A model generated the notes under the pieces. It saw nothing but the letters and a program-made list of their open reading frames with translations, was not told the origin of the DNA and did not search any database. Shown piece after piece: positions 11,751 to 22,697 of a stretch of DNA of 64,000 nt. Source of the DNA: Phaeosaccion multiseriatum (Eukaryota > Protista > Ochrophyta, other classes); the NCBI GenBank assembly GCA_965112735.1, contig OZ218956.1:2294001-2358000 (forward strand), read 5' to 3'. Every line of letters starts with the position of its first letter. Within the stretch, counting starts at the first letter, position 1. A program made the translations under genes and the position numbers.

Positions 11751-12663
11751 TCGGCCCCGTGAAAGGGGTTTAGGCTCTAGGCCGCTCACTTTTCAGCCGT
11801 AGGCAGCCTCCCAGTGACCGTGGGCGCGTGCGTGGTGCCGCCCAGCCAGTGGGTAGCAGCGCACCTGTAGGCCTGCACTCCTCGTAGGGCCAACGAGGCG
11901 GAAAGAGACAACACGAACCAAGTCTACTCCTCACTTATCCCATGCAATACATTTGCTTAAAACTGACGACACTTGGGCGGGTTCCGGGCCAGCCCAGGGG
12001 CATATGATCGAATATGAGCATATTCCCGCCCTGGACCTGCGCCTAGTTGGCGTCTGCCCTAAGCCGCGGGCCTCCGGCCCCCGCCTAGGCCGCCGCCTAG
12101 GCCGCCGCCTAGGCGGCCTATAAATAGGCCGAGGGCCTACGGCCCTCGCTAGGCCGGGCAATTTAGGCCTAGGCCGCTAGGCCGCTCGGCCTTCGGCCGA
12201 AATAGGCCTAGGCCGGCGGCCTCCGGCCGCTCTAGGCCGCTCACTTTTCAGCCCTAGGCGGCCTATAGCCCGCCTCTAGGCAGCCTCCCAGTGACCGTGG
12301 GCGCGTGCGTGGTGCCGCCCAGCCAGTGGGTAGCAGCACACCTGTAGGCCTGCACTCCTCGTAGGGCCAGCGAGGCGGAAAGAGACAACACGAACCAAGT
12401 CTACTCCTCACTTATCCCATGCAATACATTGGCTTAAAACTGACGACACTTGCGCGGGTTCCGGGCCAGCCCAGGCAGGGGCATATGAGCATATTCCCGC
12501 CCTGGACCTGCGCCTAGTTGGCGTCTGCCCTAGGCCGCGGGCCTCCGGCCTCCGCCTAGGCCGCCGCCTAGGCGGCCTATAAATAGGCCGAGGGCCTACG
12601 GCCCTCGCTAGGCCGGGCAATTTTCCAAAATAGGCCTAGGCCGCTAGGCGTGCACGGGGCCGA
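11751..12663. mobile_element. Non-autonomous TIR element family B with an internal ~455-bp tandem duplication
   Basis: 11-bp TIR TCGGCCCCGTG (11751-11761) / CACGGGGCCGA (12653-12663), flanked by AGGA at 11747-11750 and 12664-12667. Two internal direct copies (~11775-12229 and ~12230-12650) are rich in CCTAGG/GGCC palindromes. Confidence 0.7.
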
Positions 12664-12782
12664 AGGAGAGAAAGGGTTCAGTTTCCAGTTCCAGCTCTCG
12701 CTAGCGTACCCAAGGGGGTGGGATATCAGGCTGGAGAGCAGGCTGTGTGGGAATGTCTTTAGAGCTCTAGGGCTTGATAAGG

Positions 12783-15161
12783 ATGAGCCATTATGGGGGT
12801 GGCGGAAGTGGAGGAGGGGGGGGGGGGCACAAGGGGGCGAACTACTATGGTAGAGGCGGAGGCGGAGCGACAACCGCGTAAGTACTGGACCTGTGAACGC
12901 GAGAAGATTGGATATGAAAGAAGGAAGAGATTTCTCTCTCTCCCCGCGATTGTGGTGGTCTATGTTGCGTAGTATCAGGCGTTTGCCTTATTGTCCATCC
13001 TCACCCTCATACGAGGAGATTTGATGGGTGGGTGCCACACCAAGCGGGAGGGAGTCGAGTTTCTGTCTACCGTCGGGAAGGGAGACAAGGAATCCGCTGC
13101 TAGAGTATATACAGTGGCTTAGGGATAAGAATGCCAGTGACGAAGTGTTATTTGTAGTGCTGGCTGGTGGGGAAAGAGGGGAAACTTTCTCCTCCTCCTC
13201 CTCCTCCTCCTCCTCCTCCTCCTCCTCCTCCTCACCTATTCTTCTTTCTTCTTCACCCCCCCCCCTCCCTCCTCACCCGCATCGGCCCTGCAGCGAGGAA
13301 GCACGGGGCGGCGCTCTTCATCTTGCCCGCATTCACGGTACGGAGGAGGATAAGGTCAACTGCCCTTTCTTCTACAAGATGGGGGCGTGCAGACACGGAG
13401 ACCGGTGCTCCCGGCGGCACCAGCGCCCCGCCTTCAGTCAGACCGTCATGATTCAACACATGTACCAAAATCCGGTGAGTCCAGACATGCACAGGGGCTT
13501 AGAACGAGGCCTTCCTGCCTCCCCCCTCGCCTTCCTCGGCCCTCCCTGCCTGCCTCCCTGCTTGCCTCTCCCTGCTGATTGATTCCCTCCAATGGAACTC
13601 TTGTTGGGACTGATTGGCGAACAATAGGCGTCCACCATCGTCGCCGCAGGGGGAAATGTGGACGATGTGGATAAGGACGTGGCCCAGGATGATTTTGAGG
13701 ACTTCTATGAAGAGGTGTATGAGGTAAGGAAGGGTCGAGACCCAGAAGGAGAGACCAAAAGGGACTCACCAGTGACAGTGTTGGACATCACGTGCAAAGT
13801 CTACAGAGGAGGATATACAGTGGGCCTCCAACTCCTCTTTCTCCCCCTACTGCTGCTGCTGGTGGTGGTGGTGGTGCCTCCATTGAGACAAGGCACCCAT
13901 TACAATTCTCTCCAATGCTTGTCTTCCTTTGATTGGTGATTTGACATGCAGGAGCTGGTAAAGTACGGCAAAATCGAAGAAATGAATGTGTGCGACAATC
14001 TGGGAGACCATATGGTGGGAAACGTCTACGTCAAATTCAGAGACGAGGAAGATGCAGACACCGCGCTCAAGGTGAGTGGGGCAGCAAGAGCAAGAGAAGG
14101 ACAGAGAGAGAGGGTAGGGAGGGGGGGGGGGGCTCCCTCCGCAGGGAAGGAGGAAAGAGGAGGAGATGCGCTTGTACACAGTCCTCTGCTGAGTCACCCG
14201 CCCCTCGCTGCTGAACTAACCCCTCCCTCTTGCCGTCATGATCGTCTGCTTCACACAACACATGTATCTGCACCCCTCTCCCCTCTCCTCTCCCCCCAGT
14301 CTATCTACGGGCGGTGGTACAGCGGACGGCCCATCGTCTGTGAGTTCTCCAACGTGACGGAGTTCAGAGAGGCTCGCTGCAGAGACTATGACGAATCGAC
14401 ATGCGCTAGGGGAGGACAGGTAGGAGAGAGAGCAAGGGGTGTATGGGCCGATCGACTCTGATCGATGGGCCGATGGGCTGATGGCGAGACCACTCACTGG
14501 TCGTGTCGTTGCACGGGGTGGCGAGGATTGCTCTCTGACCGTGGTGATGGGCCTCTGCGTGCACCAACACGCACACGTTCACACCCGCCCTGACAGGGTG
14601 CTCCTGGCCTCTGTGTATGCGTTTTGCCATCGTCTGAAACACTCTTCTCATTAAAAGTATGCACACCCACCAACCCACCTTGCTACTTACCAACCTACCA
14701 ACCAACCTACCTACCACCCATTACCGCAGTGTAACTTCATGCATGTCAAGCATGTGCCAAAGGCCGTGTGCCGGTATGTGGACAAGTCAAGCCGCAGGTT
14801 TACGCGGGACCTGGAACGCTCCTCCCGCTCGAGAGACAGAGACCGGCGGTCACGGTCTAGATCGAGAGATCGCAGCAGCAGGCGAAGGGACAGGGACAGG
14901 GACAGGGACAGAGACAGAGACAGGGACAGGGACAGGGGAGGAGAGCGAGGGGATCGAGGAGGCAGAGGGAGCGATCGGGAGCGACGCAGCAGCAGGAAGA
15001 GGAGTCGCAGCCGAGAGAGGAGCAGCAGGAGGAGCGGGAGGTCAAGGTCCAGCAGAGGAGAGGGAGATGAGGATGAGGAAAGGGGGGGCGAGGGGCAGGT
15101 CGCAGCCTCGAACGGAGCAGAAGCGGAGAATGGCGTAGAGGGCGGGGGCCTGCGAGAGTGA
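12783..15161 (+). CDS. U2AF1: Splicing factor U2AF small subunit (U2AF35): CCCH-UHM-CCCH-RS
   Basis: Exon 12783-12877 splices in phase to 13294. [99 protein letters not shown]-rich tail. Confidence 0.96.
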
Positions 15162-15198
15162 ACGCCGCCGTTTTTGGGCACTCACATGCCCACCCACC

Positions 15199-15242
<44 letters not shown>

Positions 15243-15700
15243 ATCACATGTGCTGAGCGGATGGTGCTCGTACCACTGGAGGGACGTCCGACATCTGGTG
15301 GTTCGGTCTCGTGCCTGCCAGGTGTGATGGAGTGAGCTGGACAGGACGAATTACTGCTGCCGAAGGGAAGACCAGAACGTCCGAATGTCTCTTGTGTCGC
15401 GCCTTGTTGAATTGAGGGCAGAGTAGTGCAGAGAGATATAAAGTCATGTGTCGTTGGCGGGCAATTGACAGGAGCCGCACTGGAGAGTCGCGTACGTGAG
15501 GGTGGTGAGGTCCAGCAGAGGGGTTTATGTGGGAGAGACGTTTGACTTACTTCACCGTTACACTACAACATGACTGTGTTTGTGGAGTAGACAAGGCAGC
15601 GGGCCGAACCTTGAAGCTTCATTGATTCATCCATACTAGCCTCCTCCTCTCTCTCTCTCTCTCTCTCTCCCGCTCTCTCTGTCTGTCCAAACACGTCTAT

Positions 15701-17445
15701 TCAGTCGGACGCAAACCTCCAAAAGAGGTCGTTCTTGTTCTGCTCCCCCACCACCTTTTGCACAAAGCGCCGATACTCCTTCCTGTCTGTCGACGGCACC
15801 ACCAGCTTAGCATCGCGCAACCTCGCCTGGCTCTTCACCTCGGTAAACGTCTTCCAAGCACTGTCGAGCCCCAAGTCGTCGCCAGCCCACAGCCCCCCCA
15901 CCACCAACCCCTCCCCCAGCCCCGCGATCAAGGTCGCCAGGTCGGAAACCTCGTCGATGCTAGACTCTGCCGTGAAGGGGATGAACACGCGGATAATGCG
16001 GTCCACAGAGCCCTGTGGCGGCGGACGATCGGCCTCTGTGGCACCGTCACCCACCAGAAACCTGCGTAGACACAGGGGGGGGGGTTAGTGGCGGGGGGGG
16101 GGGTGGGGTTGGTTTGGTGTGGGGTGGTCAGGTGCGGTTTGGGTTGGTCTTGGGGTGGCCAAGCGCGGCAACAGAAAGACGACTGCGGAGAGGACATCGG
16201 GAAAAGAAAGGAGCGGGACGGTGGGTTAGGAGACTGAGGAGCAAACGGGCGGGCTCTTCCGCGTAGAACTCCTGTTTTCCTTTTGTTTCATCGCTTCTGT
16301 TTTCAATTCCGCTCTTTCATTCGCCCTTATTTCCTCCCCCTCCCTCCCCCCCCCCCTCCTCCTCCTTCCCCTCCTCCTCCTCCTCCTCCTCCGCCCCCCC
16401 CCCCTCCTCCTCCTTACCGCTCTCTCGCCTTGGACACTCTCTTGAGCTGCTTGGCTGCGAGTCTCTCTCTCTCCTCTGCCAGTGCGTCTCGCACCCGGAT
16501 GGCCGTGTCCTTGTCGGCCACATTGATGCTGTACAGCTTCTCGGTCTTTGCGAGGCGCTTCACCAGCTTGGACTGTAGGGGGCCCGTGAACATGCATAGC
16601 GAGCCGTCGGGAGAGATATCTGAGAGGTCGCCGACCATGGCAGCGCTGCGCAGATATGGTGGAAGAAAGGGAGGGGTTTTGGAGGCAAGAGAGGCGGGGG
16701 GAGCAGTGAGGAGGAAGGGGAAGCATCATCCGATAGATAAAGGAGCAGCAGCAGCGAGGTGGGGAGGGAAGGGACACGATGCTGCTGATTCTTCTCCCCA
16801 CAACTAGGGGGGATACTCCTCTTACCTATCGTGCGTGAACATCCTCACTCCCCTGTCCCACGCCATTTGCAGCAGCACCCACTTGCTGTGACTACAATCG
16901 AACACGAGCTTCTCAGCCGCCACCTTGCCATCCTTCTTTGCCTCGGTCACGGCCTCGGTGAACAAGTCAAGGCGATCAAAATCGAAGTCCTCGAGGTCGA
17001 ATTCATACACTTCCTCCATGGCCCCTCCCCCACGCCGTACCATTGACAATGCAGTCGAGTGAGCACATGTAGGGAGACCCTGCCCCTTGGTCCCCCAGCC
17101 CATGGGCATACTACCACTTGTGCTGCTCCTCCTTCCGTCAAGCGAGCGAGTTGTCGAAGGTAGGCCAGAGAAGGTCGCAGAAGCGGTCGTCCACAGCACT
17201 TCGGTCCATCGCCCTCTGCTACCGCTGAATCGTCTCTTCTTCCCTCGTCCGCCTCGCTCAATAAGACTGCATTGATGCTGGGGATGGGCACCGAGATGGC
17301 CACTCACCCTGCCTGTCCCGCTACTACCTCCCGTGACTGCCCCACTTCCTCCGCTGTGCACACCTACAAAGGAAAATGCTCCAGCAGAAGGATTCGAAGC
17401 TGCCGCTGCTGACAAGAAGAGAATCAGAGCCTTCGTAGGAGCCAT
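15701..17445 (-). CDS. Predicted plastid-targeted protein, degenerate YggS/PLPBP (alanine-racemase-like barrel) homologue
   Basis: Exons 17445-16826, 16645-16418 and 16061-15701 join in frame. N-terminus MAPTKALILFLSAAAASNPSAGAF. Segments AWDRGVRMF and CMFTGPLQSKLVKRL resemble YggS AY..G.R.FGEN and WHFIG.LQSNK.K. The gene model is firmer than the family call. Confidence 0.6.
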
Positions 17446-17588
17446 TTTGTCTTTGCTCCTTTGTGGTGTGGGGGATCGAAGGCACCCCATTCACAGGTGG
17501 CGTAGCTCACCAACACGCAAATTCCCCCCTCCTTCCCTTTTTCTCCCTCCCTCTTCTTTTTTTTGGGTAATCTCTCATACTCCGGAGG

Positions 17589-20147
17589 ATGTGTGGTCGT
17601 GGAAGAGCTCAAGTGGATCCGCATGATCTTGGTGCAGCAGTCGGAGCAACACAGCGGCTCCGGAGAGCCGGCCAATGTGAGGAAAACCTTTTTTTATTTT
17701 TCCCGACTAACTAACTAAACTCAACACTTTCCTACTGCCGCGCAGACAAGAGAAAAGCTAACGCACACCCAGGATGCTCGATACCAGTAGCGTATATTCC
17801 TACAACCAAGCGAGCGGGGGGAAGCAGCTCGAGCAGGAGCGGCGAGCAGGGAAAGGCTTCCACCACTCCTGGTGAGCCGCCTTTCGGAGACAGTGGTAAT
17901 TTTCCTCCTCAACTTCCATCCGCCGCCTCCTCCTCCTCCCCCTCCTGTTCCTCCTTCTACTCCTTCTGCTCCTCATCACGCTTCCATTCCCCTCCACCTA
18001 TCCTCCTCTTTTCTCTTTTCTTTCCCTCTTCGGAAACGCATTCTCAGCCCTTCGCTGCATGAGATGGGGCCTGGTCCCAAGCTATGAGAAGGAGCAGCAG
18101 CTGTCGAAGGAACAGCCTTACCCCAAACTGGACTACTTTCGAATGATGAATTGCCGAAGCGAGACAGTGGCGGAAAAGCCAGTCTTCAGTAGATTGCTGA
18201 AGCGCAACAGGGCTGTGGTGGCTTTCAATGGCTTCTACGAGTGGAAATCGACGGTGGAGGGGAAAAAACAGCCCTACTATATCCACTTCAAGGACAATAG
18301 ACCAATGCTGGTGAGGGTAGGGAGGGACGGACGGAGGCAAAGGGGGGGGGGTTAACCAGACGGCTAAAGGAAGATCATGGCCAGTTTATCACAGTCTGGG
18401 CTGCTGCTTCCTCGGACAGCCTCGACTGAGTCTCAGAGAGCACCAAGTAGTAGCCGTTGTATTTGCCTTTGTTTTCACTTCCATCCCCTTCTCTCTTCTC
18501 CTGCCTCTGAACGTTCACGCAAGCGCATCCTCCTCGCCCACCCCCACTACTCTCTCAGATGGCCGTACTCTTCGACACATGGCGAAACGGCAAGAGAACT
18601 GAGCAGTCTGCAGTGCGTCCGAGCTCTACGATGCCAGGCGAGAGAGAAGGGCATAGTGATGATCATGATGGTAACGGTGGTGGTGGTGGTGGTGGTGGCG
18701 GTGGAGACGAGGGAGACGAAGACGACGATGAAGAGACGAAGAGAGAAGACGAGAATGAGCAGCGCATCTTTACGTTCAGCATCCTTACCACGGCCTCCAG
18801 CCCTCGTCTAGAGTGGCTGCACAACCGCATGCCAGGTGAGTTTATGGGGCGTCCAATGGCTGTGGGCATTCTGGTACTTTTCGAGAATGCAAGACAGTAT
18901 CTAAATCATTCCGCAGTTGGGGGCCGGCTGGTATTGATATTCTCTACTCCGTTCGATATCGTACACATAGCATCGCTCACACGTCATGACCGCCGTCAAA
19001 TACGCCCTCCCCGCTGCTGTTCTGTGCAGTGGTGCTGTCGGAGGAGGGGGCCAAAGCATGGCTCGCTGGACATGGCTCTCATCTCCCTGAAGGAGGAGGA
19101 GGAGGAGGAGCAGGAGGAGGAGCAGGAGGAGGACAGGCGGGAAGAGGGGAGGAAGGGAGTGTGGCAAGAAGGAGCAGCGGCAGCAGCAACGAGGCTGATC
19201 TGGACGACATCAAAGCGACTTTGTCCAAGCTGGCAGTCCCCTACAAAGGGGAAGACTTGACATGGTACCCTGTGACGAAAAAGATGAGCAAGATGTCGTA
19301 TGAAGAAGAAGACGTCTATGAGAAGATTCACGTTCCGACCACCAAGAGCATCACAAGTTTCTTTAGCGCGAAGGGAGCGACAGCAGCTTCATCCGATTCG
19401 GCGGGAGCAGATTCGACTGTGTCAGCAGCAAAAGGAGGAGCAGGAGGAGGAGGAGGAGGAGCAGGAGCAGGAGGAGCAGGAGAAGGAGGAGCAGGAGAAG
19501 TAGGAGCCGCTTCGGCAAAGGGGCAGGATATATTGAGTATAGGGTGTTCTGCTGGGCTCCACACGGGTGCTGCAGAGGCCTGCCAGCAGGAGCAACAGAA
19601 GCAGTTGGTGATACAACCGCAGCAGGGTATAGAGGAGGAGGAGTCGGGCGCTTGGGGGAAGAAAGAGGGGCCGACGAGGGCAAGGGGCTGTGGAGGAGGC
19701 CGGGAGGGAGGGGTGACCGGGGAAGACGAGCAAGAGAGCTCGGAGAGAGAGGCACCAGTGGCGAAGCGACGGAGGTGCGAAGGCGGTGTCACCCCCCCTG
19801 AGGGGTCAGAGGCGCAGTCGGGGACAGAGGCCTCGCTCAAGTCTCCTCAATTCTCCGGGGACAAAGCTCGGGCCACCCAAGGAGTTGTTGCTGCTGCTGC
19901 TGCTGCTGCTGTCAAGTCTCCCGCCTCCAAGACGAAGGGAAAGCGCCCCGGCAAGCAGGGGAAGCTCATCACTGCGTTCTTCCAAAAGACTCCTCCCAAG
20001 AAGCTCACACCCGGTGAAGGTGATGGTGATGATGAGGGTGATGCGAGTCTTTTTCGCGGCTCGGCGGTCGGTACAGGCAACCGGGGAGGGAGCGGTGGTG
20101 AGGAGGAGCTTCGGGACGCCATCCGAAAGAGTCTCAAGGAGTACTGA
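17589..20147 (+). CDS. SRAP-domain abasic-site processing protein (HMCES/YedK family)
   Basis: N-terminal MCGR (missed by the ORF track), MRWGLVP, NCRSETVAEKPVF, GFYEW, KQPYYI, FSILTT, LEWLHNRMPVVL. Five exons. Confidence 0.93.
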
Positions 20148-20733
20148 TTCGATTCAAAGCCCTCGGCCATTATCAACTGTGTTGTTTTCTATACTGCGTT
20201 GTTGCGGGCAATGGCTGGCTGGGCTGGCTGGCATAGAGGGGGAGGAGGTGCGGTTAGTTGCTGGTGGTGCTTGTGCTATCTGGCGGTGCTGGTGGTGCTG
20301 GTGATATGCCAAAGAAGATGGGGCAGATTTGTGGAATGGGGAGTTGGCCGGCTTAGTGTAGTACCATCCACATGGGGTGAGAGAGGGTTGGCATGTAGTT
20401 GCATATACCGAGGAGATGACTTGAAGCGGGGACCACAGACACGGATAGAGCCTCCTGCTGTCGTGTGGAGAGAAGGCGGCTGCGTTGCTGCCCCCTTTGG
20501 GATCTCTTCGGAAGACCGGCCGCAGAGGGCACTGAGAACTTTCCAAAGAACTGTCCAAATGAATAACAATAATGCATTGTAATTAGAATCACTCACAGAA
20601 GCTTGACGATTGATCACGTGCACCACCCAGGCCCAGACCCAATCCCCTAGGTTCCCTATACAACGCAGACACTCCTCGCCCCGCCGCCCCTTGCCCTCCC
20701 CCCCCTCTGCCCCTCCCTTGCCCCCCTGAGAAA

Positions 20734-21007
20734 TCACCCATTAAAGGTGCAGAAGTTCCGTCCCCCATCGTCCCCCTCCGCCATGAGGGCCTCGAACTTT
20801 GCTGTCAAAGCCTTGCTCTTATCCGACGGTTCTCTCCTCCACGTCAACCGCGCGCCCTTCTCCCGCAGCAGACCAGAGATGCGCTCGTACGCAGCTTCCA
20901 GGGCGCGCCATTCCCCATCCTCGTCTTCCTCTTGTTCCTCTTCTTCTCCCCCTTGTTCTCGTTGTTTTTGTTGTTTTTGTTGTTGTTGTTGTTGTTGTTG
21001 TTGCTGC

Positions 21008-21055
<48 letters not shown>

Positions 21056-22603
21056 CGTCGTTGTTGTTGCTCGTGCTCGTCCTTGTCCTCGTTCTCGCCC
21101 TCCTGGCCTACCGCTTGCCTCTGACTCCCCTGCTTCTTCCCAACTGTTGTACCGCTGGTGCTGCTGCTGCTACTATTACTATTGTTAGGTCTTACGCTGT
21201 CCTCCCTGGCCCTTCTCCTGGCCTCTCTCCGCTCTTGCAACTCCTTGAGGCGGCGGTCCACACAGTTCAACGGCAGGCTGTCGTCCGCCGCCACGGCGTT
21301 GACGTCTGCCCCCAACTGCACGAGGCAGCTGCATGCCCGATACAGCCCACGCGACGCCGCCACGTGGAGGGGCGTGAGGTAATCGGGTTTAATCTGCATA
21401 GAGAGTGAGAGAAGTCGGGGTCGCGGGGAAGGGGGATGAGGTGAGGGGGGAGGGGCTCAGACTCATCTCTCAGCACGACTGCAGAAGGAAGGCAGCTTGG
21501 ACAGAGGGACGGTAGAGATGGATTGATAGATAGATGGAAAGAGAGTCGATACTGTTTCTAAGCAATTGAAATCTGTACCTGCGTGCTAGCGAAGAGCCCC
21601 CTCTGTACCAGGAGGCGAATGACGGACGTGAGGCGGGGCGAGTCTGCACGTAGCGCTCCGGGCCCTTCCTTTTCTTCGTCCTGTCCACCGCCTCGCTGTT
21701 GGAGAAGCACCGCGTGGAGCAAGTCCGACAAGCCCGCGAAGTTCAGATTTAGCCCTCTGTCCAGCATGTAGCTCATCTGCGAGGGGTGAGACGCAAGGGT
21801 GGCGGGGCAGGTATAGCAGCAGGGGAAATCTAGGGTTAGAGGTTTTTGTCCCTCTTGCTTGCTACAGTCCGAAGTCGTTAGAACGCTTCTCATGGCCAAG
21901 GCGGGGGTAAGGCAGGCCACGGCGGGGCACGGTAGGAGGGGTTCAGGGCGCCACTGAGCGAGGCGAGAAAGGCAAGACACGCTGGGGGGCAGAAGGGAGG
22001 AAGCGGCGGCATCGTCGCAACCATTCAGGGAAGGAAGGCCTTCAAGTGTGACACACGCACACGCACCACGCTCGTGTGACCAGCCATTGTTGCCTCCCGG
22101 AACATGTGGATGATGAACCAGTGAAGCAGATCTTCCGGGGCACACTGGTCGATCTGCAAGGGCGAGAGAGGGCGGCAGAAGGGGAAGGCAGAGTGACAAG
22201 GGAGGAGGCGTGGTGTTAGGGCGGTGCACCCTCCTTCTTCAGTCGTTGAGACAATGAAGCAGGGACAAATGAAAGATACAGAACCCGCCCACCCCACCTG
22301 TACGTCGATTTGCCGGATGTCTCCAGCCTTAGCAAGAGCAACAAGCTCCGAGCCCTGCCTCATCACTCTTGCCGCTCTCTGTGGGTCCTCTTCCCTCATC
22401 TTCTTGACCCTCTCCATCTCCCTCTGCACTCCTCCAGGCTGGATCTCAAAAATCGTGTTCTCATCCTGCCCCCCACCACGGGCCGCCCTCTTCACTGTCA
22501 CCCCAGTGGGAGTCTGATCCTGATTGCCAGTCCATAGAATATCCCGTGGCTCGGCCTTCGACGGGGCTCCTCTTCCTCCTGTTGCTGAAGGTACGGGAGC
22601 CAT
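20734..22603 (-). CDS. Ankyrin-repeat protein
   Basis: Four exons. LTPLHVAASRGLYRACSCLVQLGADVNAVAADDSLPL is a canonical ankyrin repeat, with degenerate repeats upstream and a polyQ insert. Confidence 0.8.
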
Positions 22604-22697
22604 TTTTCTTCCTCAGATCAAAACGGTTAACTTTCTCACTGACTTACTGGATGGTGCTCAGCGAAGTCGCCCCCTTCCCCTTTGAGCTGCTCCTGCG

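Noticed and set aside
11775-12650. Paired LTRs of a retrotransposon (TATA-like CCTATAAATAGG)
   Set aside because: The copies abut with no internal region, PBS/PPT or TG...CA ends. The outer TIR plus TSD explains the structure better.
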